The notes under the pieces were generated by a model, which was not told where the DNA came from, ran no database searches, and was given only the letters and a program-made list of their open reading frames with translations. 10,163 nt of DNA from a virus (lineage: Duplodnaviria > Heunggongvirae > Uroviricota > Caudoviricetes): the IMG/VR virus record IMGVR_UViG_2713896787_000009; one strand, written 5' to 3'. The position numbers were made by a program, and so were the translations under genes. Positions 1 to 6,269 of the stretch are shown here, piece by piece; positions within the stretch are counted from its first letter, which is position 1; every line of letters begins with the position of its first letter.

Positions 1-212
1 GGGTATGTAATCATTCTGGCAATGCTTAATGCCGCTGCTTTTTCCAGATTGGTGATATCCTGCTCCAGAGCGGACAGATTTTCAGCCTGCTTAGCCCTGG
101 CTTCATTGGCCCATTTCAGATCCTGCGCTGCATTAATTTTCTGGTGCATCCACTCATAAAGTTCATCATCGGTATAGTCTGGCGCGATGATGACGGGTTC
201 TCGTTTCTGCAT
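1..212 (-). CDS. Hypothetical prophage early-left protein, partial (3' end beyond window start); N-terminus MQKREPVIIAPDYTDDELYEWMHQ
   Basis: Minus-strand ATG at 210-212 with AAGGAG 5 nt upstream (plus 218-223); frame stays open to the window edge (>70 codons); begins 40 bp after the stop of the preceding minus ORF, as in an operon. Confidence 0.6.
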   Translation of the reverse strand, partial: MQKREPVIIAPDYTDDELYEWMHQKINAAQDLKWANEARAKQAENLSALEQDITNLEKAAALSIARMITY

Positions 213-252
213 GTCGGCTCCTTGTGGTTAGCGTTGCCTGCTTTTAACCACG

Positions 253-642
253 TCAGGCGAGGTGGTATCCTCTGAGGGGTCTGTTACTCGAGAGGAAATT
301 GGTTATGAATACAATCAAGTTTTCTTGCCCAGAATGTGGTGGCGAAGTCTTTGACACATCCTTTAAGCCGCAGGGCTCTGACAGTTTCGCGGGAGCCATC
401 TGCAAAAATTGTGGTTCACCTTGTAAACTGAAGATGAGTCCTCGCAGTTCGATGACGAAATCGTTGACAATATCTTCGGTGCACTCACCAGAGACTTTCT
501 GAAGTAAAGGCGCATACCGCTTAGTTACCGCTCTGATAACTCTTACCTGTCCGGCAATGGCGCTGATATCAATATAAAGCGCCATCGCTGTTTCTTTGCT
601 GATCCCTGGACGCCTTCCATTCTGATGTTTGACTTCGCCCAC
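253..642 (-). CDS. Hypothetical protein (GTG start); N-terminal ~70 aa look protein-like, C-terminal half may be read-through or antisense shadow
   Basis: 129-codon ORF, GTG at 640-642 with AGAGGA 7 nt upstream; lies downstream of a putative leftward promoter; conflicts with the zinc-ribbon ORF on the + strand (305-502). Confidence 0.4.
   Translation of the reverse strand: MGEVKHQNGRRPGISKETAMALYIDISAIAGQVRVIRAVTKRYAPLLQKVSGECTEDIVNDFVIELRGLIFSLQGEPQFLQMAPAKLSEPCGLKDVSKTSPPHSGQENLIVFITNFLSSNRPLRGYHLA
305..502 (+). CDS. Small zinc-ribbon-like protein (CPECGG ... CKNCG); alternative to the overlapping minus ORF
   Basis: ATG at 305 with AGAGGA 8 nt upstream; two CxxCG motifs about 22 residues apart in the N-terminal 45 aa; C-terminal tail is low complexity; fully inside minus ORF 253-642 with wobble positions aligned. 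Confidence 0.3.
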   Translation: MNTIKFSCPECGGEVFDTSFKPQGSDSFAGAICKNCGSPCKLKMSPRSSMTKSLTISSVHSPETF

Positions 643-721
643 TGAGAAATCCTCTGCTTCCCCTTAACGCCGGGTAGCGGAACTGTTTGCTGAGAACACC
701 GTGCGGTGTCTTGATGAGTAG

Positions 722-751
722 AATTTAGAATAGCCTAAGAGTTATGGTCAA
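722..751 (-). promoter_or_regulatory. Putative leftward early promoter (TTGACC-18-TAAATT on minus strand) overlapping an operator-like dyad TTTAG-N6-CTAAG (724-739)
   Basis: -35 is plus 746-751 (ggtcaa), -10 is plus 722-727 (aattta); the dyad matches the YTTAG-N6-CTAAR sites in the dicA-cro intergenic region. Confidence 0.35.
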
Positions 752-849
752 GCTTTTTGTGTAGAAAAACCTAAGCTTCTTGATGTAAAAAACACAAGTA
801 TTTGAAAGTTTGTGCTTTTTATTACAGAGAGTTGCGAAAAAAAGGGGGG

Positions 850-1257
850 TTATTTATTTGCGCTTCTTTTGCGAGCTTTGAGTAGTTCTTCAAAAAGTTT
901 GTTGAAATTCTCAACTCGAGCACGCATCTCTGACAACAGAGCCTTTTGCTCTGACTCAGGCAGTGCGTCGAACAGTTGAAGCAACTCTTTTTGATCTTCT
1001 GTCAGATTGACTGGCTGATTATCTGGGATCGGTTCGCCTGGTTGCTTATCTTCATCTCCAAAAAGAAGCCAAGTCGGCGAGCACTGAAGCGCCTGGCTCA
1101 GTGCGAATAATCTCTTCCCCGCTGGCTGTGTTTCATCTCTTTCCCATTGAGAAATTGTTACGTGAGCCACTTTGACCAGCTTACCTAATGCGGCCTGAGA
1201 CAGTTTTAATTTTTTTCGCCTGTATAAGAGGCGAGCACCGAAGGTTTCGTTTTTCAT
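850..1257 (-). CDS. dicA: DicA-like prophage repressor (XRE-family helix-turn-helix, 135 aa)
   Basis: 135-aa ORF with an N-terminal HTH signature (LKLSQAALGKLVKVAHVTISQWER) and the C-terminal region typical of DicA-type repressors; divergent from a cro-like gene; minus-strand TAGAAT -10 (plus 1266-1271) ends 8 nt before the ATG, suggesting a near-leaderless pRM-like transcript. Confidence 0.8.
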   Translation of the reverse strand: MKNETFGARLLYRRKKLKLSQAALGKLVKVAHVTISQWERDETQPAGKRLFALSQALQCSPTWLLFGDEDKQPGEPIPDNQPVNLTEDQKELLQLFDALPESEQKALLSEMRARVENFNKLFEELLKARKRSANK

Positions 1258-1324
1258 ATTAGGTAATTCTAATTTTTCTTGACTTAGGTTTCTCTACGAT
1301 CTAGTTTCCTTAGGAAAATCTAAG
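1258..1324. promoter_or_regulatory. Divergent promoter/operator region with three phased dyads: O1 ATTAG-N6-CTAAT (1258-1273), O2 CTTAG-N6-CTACG (1283-1298), O3 CTTAG-N6-CTAAG (1309-1324)
   Basis: Three 16-bp dyads spaced 25 and 26 bp; rightward TTGACT (1279-1284) + 17 bp + TAGTTT (1302-1307); leftward -10 overlaps O1; layout mirrors lambda OR1-OR3. Confidence 0.55.
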
Positions 1325-1333
1325 GGGTTCGAT

Positions 1334-1560
1334 ATGTTGAAAATTGATGCTATAGCGTTTTTGGCAGCAAAACAAAGCTTGCCAATGTCGCAGGAGTTAG
1401 GCTGGCAAGCGTTGCTGCATGGGGGGAACTGGTTCCTGAAGGTCGCGCGATGCGCCTGCAAGAGGCATCCGGCGGGGAACTTCAGTACGACCCCAAAGTT
1501 TATGACGAATATCGTAAGGCAAAGCGGGCGGGGCGGTTGAACAATGAAAATCACCACTGA
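1334..1560 (+). pseudogene. Cro/DicC/YdaS-like regulator interrupted by a -1 frameshift in a G6 run (1421-1426)
   Basis: ATG 1334 with AAGGGG RBS; frame 1 stops at 1538-1540; adding one G restores a 75-codon ORF ending at TGA 1558-1560 with C-terminus LVPEGRAMRLQEASGGELQYDPKVYDEYRKAKRAG. Confidence 0.6.
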
Positions 1561-2095
1561 ACAGGTTTGTGAGGCTCTGGATACCTGGGTATGCCGACCA
1601 GGAATGACACAGGAGCAGGCGACGATATTAATCACGGAAGCATTCTGGGCTCTGAAAGAACGCCCGAACATCGATGTTCAACGCGTCACGTTTAATGATG
1701 GCGAGGTTGATCAACGGGCGCTGGGCGTTAACCGGGTGAAGATATTCGAACGCTGGAAAGCTATCGACACCAGAGATAAGCGTGACAAATTCACGGCGCT
1801 GATTCCGGCAATTATGGAGGCTATCCGGATCAGCGATTTCAGATTGTATTGTGAAATTACTGACGGAAAAAGCATTACGTACATGATCGCCGGGTTAAAC
1901 AAAGAATATGGCGATGTGGTGGAGTCCGGGCTGCTTTTTGCGGATCCAGTTGTTGTGGAACGTGAGACTGACGAGCTTATAGAAAAAGCTATTGCTTTCA
2001 AGCACGCGTATCGTCAGCAATACCAATATTACTTTGCAGATAAACAAATGTCTGCCAGGGGTTCGTATGAGTATCGATGCACTACGATGGGCTAA
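1544..2095 (+). CDS. YdaT-like protein (cII-position gene), 183 aa
   Basis: ATG 1544 overlaps the restored cro stop; sits between cro and the replication gene; the RW...LIPAI motif region resembles my recollection of YdaT-family proteins (unverified). Confidence 0.6.
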   Translation: MKITTEQVCEALDTWVCRPGMTQEQATILITEAFWALKERPNIDVQRVTFNDGEVDQRALGVNRVKIFERWKAIDTRDKRDKFTALIPAIMEAIRISDFRLYCEITDGKSITYMIAGLNKEYGDVVESGLLFADPVVVERETDELIEKAIAFKHAYRQQYQYYFADKQMSARGSYEYRCTTMG

Positions 2096-3107
2096 AAAGG
2101 TGAAAACCGGCAGTTCATCCAGTAAGTCAGTATTGACCTGGCTTGCTGATATGTGCGGTGCCGATTTGTGTGCATACCCGTCTGTATCTGCACTGGCAGA
2201 AGTAACGGAACTGAACAAAAAGACTGTGCAGGACAGCTTACGACACCTGATGGAGATTGGGTTAATTGTTGATACCGGTGAGAGAAAAGGCAGAACAAAG
2301 CAAATTGTGGTGTACCGACTTATCGGTGTAGAAGAAAGTGTTGCCGAGCCTGAATACACCCAAAAACGGGAGTCTTTAAAGGTGGGTAAAATTGGTGCTG
2401 TTAATAAAAACAGTACCGAAAATGGTTATGTTTCAGCACAAAACAGACCCAAAAACAGAACTCTTAGCTGCATGGAAAATAACCAAAGACACCCAAATTT
2501 TCCATCAAAGACACCCAAAAACGGATCACGGAACCCAAAGGAACCCAAAGATCTAAACCCCACACATAACGCACGCGAGAGTGCTCCGACCAGTGAGCAG
2601 GAAGTTTTGTCGTTACAGGCAGCCCCCCCTGTATTCCTGTATGGCCTGAGCGAACCCATCGGAAAATTCCCGATGAGCGATAGCTGGTATCCGTCACGGG
2701 ATTTTCGACGACGGGCTGCGTTGTGGGGGATGGCTTTGCCGGAGACAGAATTTACACCTGCTGAACTTGCCGCCTTCCGGGACTACTGGGCAGCGGAGGG
2801 GAAAGTGTTTACGCAGATTCAGTGGGAGCAGAAATTCGCCCGTCACGTAAATCACGTCAGGGCGCAGGTTAAACCAGTCAGCAAAGGGGTAAACCATGCA
2901 GCAGCACCAGGTGGCACCGCATCACGGGCAGTTCAGGAAATTCGGGCAGCACGTGAGCAGTGGGAACGTGAAAACGGATTTATCAGCGACGGAAACGGCC
3001 TGGAAGCTGTGGGAACTCATGGGGGTGGTTTATTCGAACCGCTGGATCCAGAAGAACGGGGCCGCACCTTCGAAGCTCTGGATTGCACAGATTGGCGCGA
3101 TGACTGA
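2067..3107 (+). CDS. Replication initiation protein (N-terminal HTH DNA-binding domain, C-terminal DnaT-like domain), O-analog
   Basis: ATG 2067 with AGGGG RBS 5 nt upstream (the in-frame ATG at 1992 lacks an RBS and lies inside the upstream gene); N-terminal HTH-like segment, low-complexity linker, C-terminal W/F-rich DnaT-like segment; 3' extent uncertain because of the 211-bp overlap with the next gene. Confidence 0.7.
   Translation: MSIDALRWAKKVKTGSSSSKSVLTWLADMCGADLCAYPSVSALAEVTELNKKTVQDSLRHLMEIGLIVDTGERKGRTKQIVVYRLIGVEESVAEPEYTQKRESLKVGKIGAVNKNSTENGYVSAQNRPKNRTLSCMENNQRHPNFPSKTPKNGSRNPKEPKDLNPTHNARESAPTSEQEVLSLQAAPPVFLYGLSEPIGKFPMSDSWYPSRDFRRRAALWGMALPETEFTPAELAAFRDYWAAEGKVFTQIQWEQKFARHVNHVRAQVKPVSKGVNHAAAPGGTASRAVQEIRAAREQWERENGFISDGNGLEAVGTHGGGLFEPLDPEERGRTFEALDCTDWRDD
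2443..2550. repeat. Iteron-like direct repeats (core ACCCAAA, 5 copies; exact 14-bp CAAAGACACCCAAA x2; tandem GAACCCAAAG x2); candidate replication origin
   Basis: Core starts at 2447, 2491, 2513, 2533, 2543 (spacings 44, 22, 20, 10); located in the interdomain linker of the initiator gene, next to an AT-rich stretch (2395-2442), as ori-lambda lies inside gene O. Confidence 0.45.
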
Positions 3108-3561
3108 GCAGCAAATCCGGCAGGTCTGCCGCCAGTGCATGGACCGCTGCCGGGCGGGTGAAACATGGCCTCCGGACCTGGCTGAGTTTGTGGCACTGAT
3201 TTCGAAAAGCGGAGCCAATCCATTCGGTCTGACGGTGGATGCTGTGATGGAGGAGTACCGCCGCTGGCGCAATGAGTCCTGGCGATACGACGGAAGTGAT
3301 AAGTACCCGTGGTCTCAGCCTGTGCTGTATCACATTTGCCTCGAGATGCGTTCAAAGGGGATTGAGCGCCAGATGACCGAAGGGGAATTAAAACGGCTTG
3401 CAGAACGGCAACTGACGAAATGGGCAAAGCATGTTAGTAACGGCCTGAGCGTTCCGCCAGTCCGGCGACAACTGGCGGCCCCCAAACGCCCGTCGGGGCC
3501 AACGCCAATTGAGTTGCTGAAACAGGAATATGAACGCCGGAAAGCGGCTGGTTTTGTTTGA
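2896..3561 (+). CDS. Lambda P-like replication protein (DnaB helicase loader)
   Basis: Translation resembles my recollection of lambda P across the central and C-terminal regions (FVA, YPW, ELKRLAERQL segments); ATG 2896 with AAAGGGG RBS immediately after an in-frame stop; alternative start ATG 3100 forms an ATGACTGA junction with the upstream stop. Confidence 0.75.
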   Translation: MQQHQVAPHHGQFRKFGQHVSSGNVKTDLSATETAWKLWELMGVVYSNRWIQKNGAAPSKLWIAQIGAMTEQQIRQVCRQCMDRCRAGETWPPDLAEFVALISKSGANPFGLTVDAVMEEYRRWRNESWRYDGSDKYPWSQPVLYHICLEMRSKGIERQMTEGELKRLAERQLTKWAKHVSNGLSVPPVRRQLAAPKRPSGPTPIELLKQEYERRKAAGFV

Positions 3562-3594
3562 GTTGAGAAGTGATTTTTTACCGGGAGGAAATTT

Positions 3595-4329
3595 ATGGAG
3601 ACTGTTTTTGACGCACTGAAAGCGATGGGAAAAGCCACGTCGGTAGAGCTGGCTGCGCGACTTGATATCAGTCGTGAAGAAGTACTGAACGAGCTGTGGG
3701 AACTGAAAAAGGCTGGCTTCGTTGATAAAAGAGTATACACCTGGCGTGTGGCTGATAACAACGTTCAGCAGGAACAGCCAGCGCCAGAAGAAACCACCAC
3801 GGCAACAGAAGCGAAAATCTCAGAGTGCGATTTAACCGCGACGATTGAACAACGCGGACCACAAACGGCGGATGAACTGGCTACGCTGTTCGGTACAACA
3901 TCCCGCAAAGTTGCTTCAACGCTGGCAATGGCAATCAGCAAAGGTCGTCTGATTCGCGTAAACCAGAACGGTAAAATTCGTTACTGCATACCAGGTGATA
4001 ATTTACCAGCAGAGCCGAAAGTTGAATCGGTAGCGGAAACCGATGGTAAAGCCTTTCCTCAGCCAGCCGGTGTTGCGTTACCGGTACAGAAAGATGCAAC
4101 ACAGGAAGATATTAAAACAGAAACTGTGGCGGACATTGTGCAGTCGCTGCCATCGTTTACTGCAACGCGAGAAGATGATTTGATTTTGCCATCGCTGCAT
4201 ATGGCAAATCGCGAACTGCGTAGGGCGAAGAATCATGTCCAGAAGTGGGAGCGAGTCTGCGCCGCGCTGCGGGAGCTGAACAAGCACCGGGATATGGTTG
4301 CCGGGATTTGTCGGAAGTCCGGGCAATGA
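3595..4329 (+). CDS. Conserved phage hypothetical protein with two tandem winged-helix-like segments and an acidic/Thr-rich linker
   Basis: ATG 3595 with GGAGG RBS; 244-aa ORF; internal duplication (residues ~5-50 vs ~85-125) with HTH-like pattern. Confidence 0.7.
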   Translation: METVFDALKAMGKATSVELAARLDISREEVLNELWELKKAGFVDKRVYTWRVADNNVQQEQPAPEETTTATEAKISECDLTATIEQRGPQTADELATLFGTTSRKVASTLAMAISKGRLIRVNQNGKIRYCIPGDNLPAEPKVESVAETDGKAFPQPAGVALPVQKDATQEDIKTETVADIVQSLPSFTATREDDLILPSLHMANRELRRAKNHVQKWERVCAALRELNKHRDMVAGICRKSGQ

Positions 4330-4458
4330 GCGGATGGTGCAGGCCTGAAATCATGATACTAACAATGAAGGTAAAATGCATCGGCAGTCTGATTGGTCGT
4401 AGTGAGGCGGCGGTCAGGATGAAAGCCCAGGTTAAGGGAATAAGCCTGATTCTGCGGG

Positions 4459-4937
4459 GTGATTTTCACCAGTCAACAAAATATCCGTAGCGCGATAACG
4501 GTCAAAAATTATGGCGCTGACACTTTTGTGCCACTGGAGATGACTGTACCTAAGTTCAGGGGAGAAGAACACGTCCGGTGGGATGGTCGGGCCAGATTTA
4601 AAGGGCAGGTCATGGCTCCAGCCTGTACGCTGGCAATGGAGGCTGCCTGGCGGGAAATTGATATGGGAACCACGCCACTCAGGGATTTACTGCCGGTCCA
4701 GAGAATAAATTCCTGTTACGGTTACACCACTGTGATCTTGCAAGTGCAGGAAAGTAGGTCTACACGGTAACGCGAGTGCGTGTAACTTTTGATGTCATTC
4801 CCGTAGAAACACCGGACAAATTTTCGCTGACAGGTCATGCAGAAGGTATAAATCTGCAGATTATGGACAATTACGGATATCCGGCAAGAGCCGGAAAAAG
4901 CATGCCGCCTCTAATTCTCAGTGGAAGATGGACTTGA
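4459..4937 (+). pseudogene. Degraded fimbrial major-subunit-like gene remnant (frameshifted, no signal peptide, truncated C-terminus)
   Basis: Frame 1 segment (to 4770) contains FKGQVMAPACTL...IDMGTTPLRDL, close to the FimA-type motif FKGEVVNAACAV...VQLGQV; the other frame (4776-4937) contains GINLQIMDNYG, resembling the GVQILD subunit motif; a single indel between 4758 and 4768 would join them. Confidence 0.35.
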
Positions 4938-4996
4938 TTATACTCATTGCATTGTCAGAAATAGTTATCCATTAAAGGCTGGCTATTCCAAACAGG

Positions 4997-5024
4997 ATGT
5001 TGATTACAAAAATGTAATCAACAT
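4997..5024. promoter_or_regulatory. Perfect 12-bp inverted repeat with 4-bp spacer (ATGTTGATTACA-AAAA-TGTAATCAACAT) upstream of the PEB3/AcfC/Paa-like gene; candidate operator
   Basis: Exact dyad symmetry over 28 bp in the AT-rich upstream region that also holds TATAAT (5051-5056) and TTGACT (5070-5075). Confidence 0.4.
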
Positions 5025-5188
5025 GTAAGGTTTATACTCTTCAATATGCGTATAATTTTCCTTATTTTGTTGACTTTAAATAACAAGCTATGCACGAGGT
5101 AAAGTCGGATAAGTTTATCTGGATGTAATATATATTATTTGTAGTGTTTATAACTTTATTTCATGATAACCAATAAAAGGAGTTTTTT

Positions 5189-5947
5189 ATGAGGAACATA
5201 ATGGCAGGTTTTTTAATATTCCTGTCTTCTGCTGCTTATGCTGATATCAATCTGTATGGTCCTGGTGGCCCGCATACAGCCTTGCTTGATGCAGCCAAAC
5301 TTTATGCCGAAAAAACAGGTATTATAGTGAACGTTCATTACGGCCCACAGAACAAATGGAATGAAGATGCCAAAAAAAATGCAGATATCTTGTTTGGCGC
5401 ATCAGAACAATCTGCTCTGGCTATCATTCGGGACCATAAAGACAGCTTCAGTGAAAAAGATATTCAGCCTCTTTATCTGCGAAAAAGTATTTTACTGGTA
5501 AAGAAAGGTAATCCTAAAAATATCCGGAGTATTGACGACCTGACCAGACCTGGGATTGGCGTAATTGTTAATGATGGTGGTGGTACCAGTAATACATCAG
5601 GCACTGGCGTCTGGGAAGATATTGCCGGACGTAAAGGGAATATAGAAACTGTCGCCGCAATCCGAAAAAATATTATTTTATATGCGCCCAATAGCGGAAC
5701 TGCACGTAAGGCTCTTGAGAATCAGCCTGGAGCAGATGTCTGGATAACCTGGGCTGACTGGGCAGCCAGTAATCCAGAAATTGGTGATGTCGTGGAAATA
5801 GCGCCAGACTACGTGATATGGCGTGATATGAACATTACAGTACGTCAGGATGCAAATGATGAAACCCGTCGATTTGCAGAATGGCTACAAACCGATGAAG
5901 CGGCGCCTGCATTCAAAAAATATGGCTGGACCAGGAAAGGCACTTGA
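5189..5947 (+). CDS. paa: Secreted PEB3/AcfC/Paa-family protein (ModA-like periplasmic binding-protein fold), 252 aa
   Basis: ATG 5189 with AAGGAG RBS 6 nt upstream; signal peptide MRNIMAGFLIFLSSAAYA; motifs DINLYGPGGPHTAL, ADILFGAS, SNTSGTGVWEDI, WITWADW, FKKYGW; markedly low GC; own promoter region and terminator; no adjacent permease or ATPase genes. Confidence 0.65.
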   Translation: MRNIMAGFLIFLSSAAYADINLYGPGGPHTALLDAAKLYAEKTGIIVNVHYGPQNKWNEDAKKNADILFGASEQSALAIIRDHKDSFSEKDIQPLYLRKSILLVKKGNPKNIRSIDDLTRPGIGVIVNDGGGTSNTSGTGVWEDIAGRKGNIETVAAIRKNIILYAPNSGTARKALENQPGADVWITWADWAASNPEIGDVVEIAPDYVIWRDMNITVRQDANDETRRFAEWLQTDEAAPAFKKYGWTRKGT

Positions 5948-5950
5948 CAT

Positions 5951-5980
5951 CCTCGTCCTTCAGGACGTGGATTCTTTTTC
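5951..5980 (+). terminator. Rho-independent terminator after the paa-like gene
   Basis: Hairpin CGTCCT-TC-AGGACG (5954-5967), extendable by two GC pairs, followed by TGGATTCTTTTTCC. Confidence 0.5.
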
Positions 5981-6066
5981 CGGATGCCGCGCCAGCGGCA
6001 TGTAGGGGCAGCTCACAAAACGGAAAAAATTGTACGCTAAGCCTCGCCAGGTGAACTGAATTCATT

Positions 6067-6090
6067 CCGATATGGGAATTCCCATATCGG
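6067..6090. repeat. Perfect 24-bp palindrome CCGATATGGGAATTCCCATATCGG
   Basis: Exact dyad symmetry centred on GAATTC; lies between the paa-like gene and hok/mok, possibly in the hok promoter or leader region. Confidence 0.5.
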
Positions 6091-6189
6091 GCGAAAACGG
6101 TTTGCTGTAACGGCAGAGTTAAGTAGGATTGCTGCGGGTGCTTGAGGCTATCTGCCTCGGGCATGAACACCAACGGCAGATAGATAAAA

Positions 6190-6269
6190 GCCCCACCCGA
6201 CTATAAATCGAAGTGAGGCCCCTATATGCTCGTCACATATAGATTGCCTCTTACGGACCGAAAGGTCAA
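6190..6269 (-). ncRNA. Putative Sok-like antisense RNA region opposite the mok start (boundaries approximate)
   Basis: Position expected from hok/sok biology; minus-strand -35-like TTGACC (plus 6264-6269); no clean -10 or terminator identified. Confidence 0.25.

Noticed and set aside
1992-2066. Upstream in-frame ATG at 1992 as the initiator start
   Set aside because: No RBS, and it would overlap the YdaT-like gene by over 100 bp; ATG 2067 has a good RBS and begins the HTH domain.
1294-3862. Minus-strand ORFs antisense to the cro, YdaT-like, initiator, P-like and winged-helix genes (for example 1294-1671, 1895-2359, 3017-3427, 3330-3761)
   Set aside because: Each lies wholly inside a better-supported + strand gene with RBS and recognisable family features; translations are low complexity (Ser/Arg/Pro-rich) and lack RBS.
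4245-4490. Plus ORF of 81 aa overlapping the 3' end of the winged-helix gene
   Set aside because: No RBS, no recognisable domain, overlaps the preceding gene; the only coding signal nearby (the fimbrial-like motifs) is in other frames.
4997-5024. Reading the 28-bp dyad as an FNR or CRP site
   Set aside because: It contains TTGAT and ATCAA, but they are 12 bp apart instead of the 4 bp in the FNR consensus TTGAT-N4-ATCAA, and it does not fit TGTGA-N6-TCACA; kept as an unassigned operator candidate.
5913-6173. Minus-strand 86-aa ORF across the paa-hok intergenic region
   Set aside because: It runs through the terminator hairpin and palindromes, has no RBS and a junk-like composition; the region is better explained as regulatory or structured RNA.
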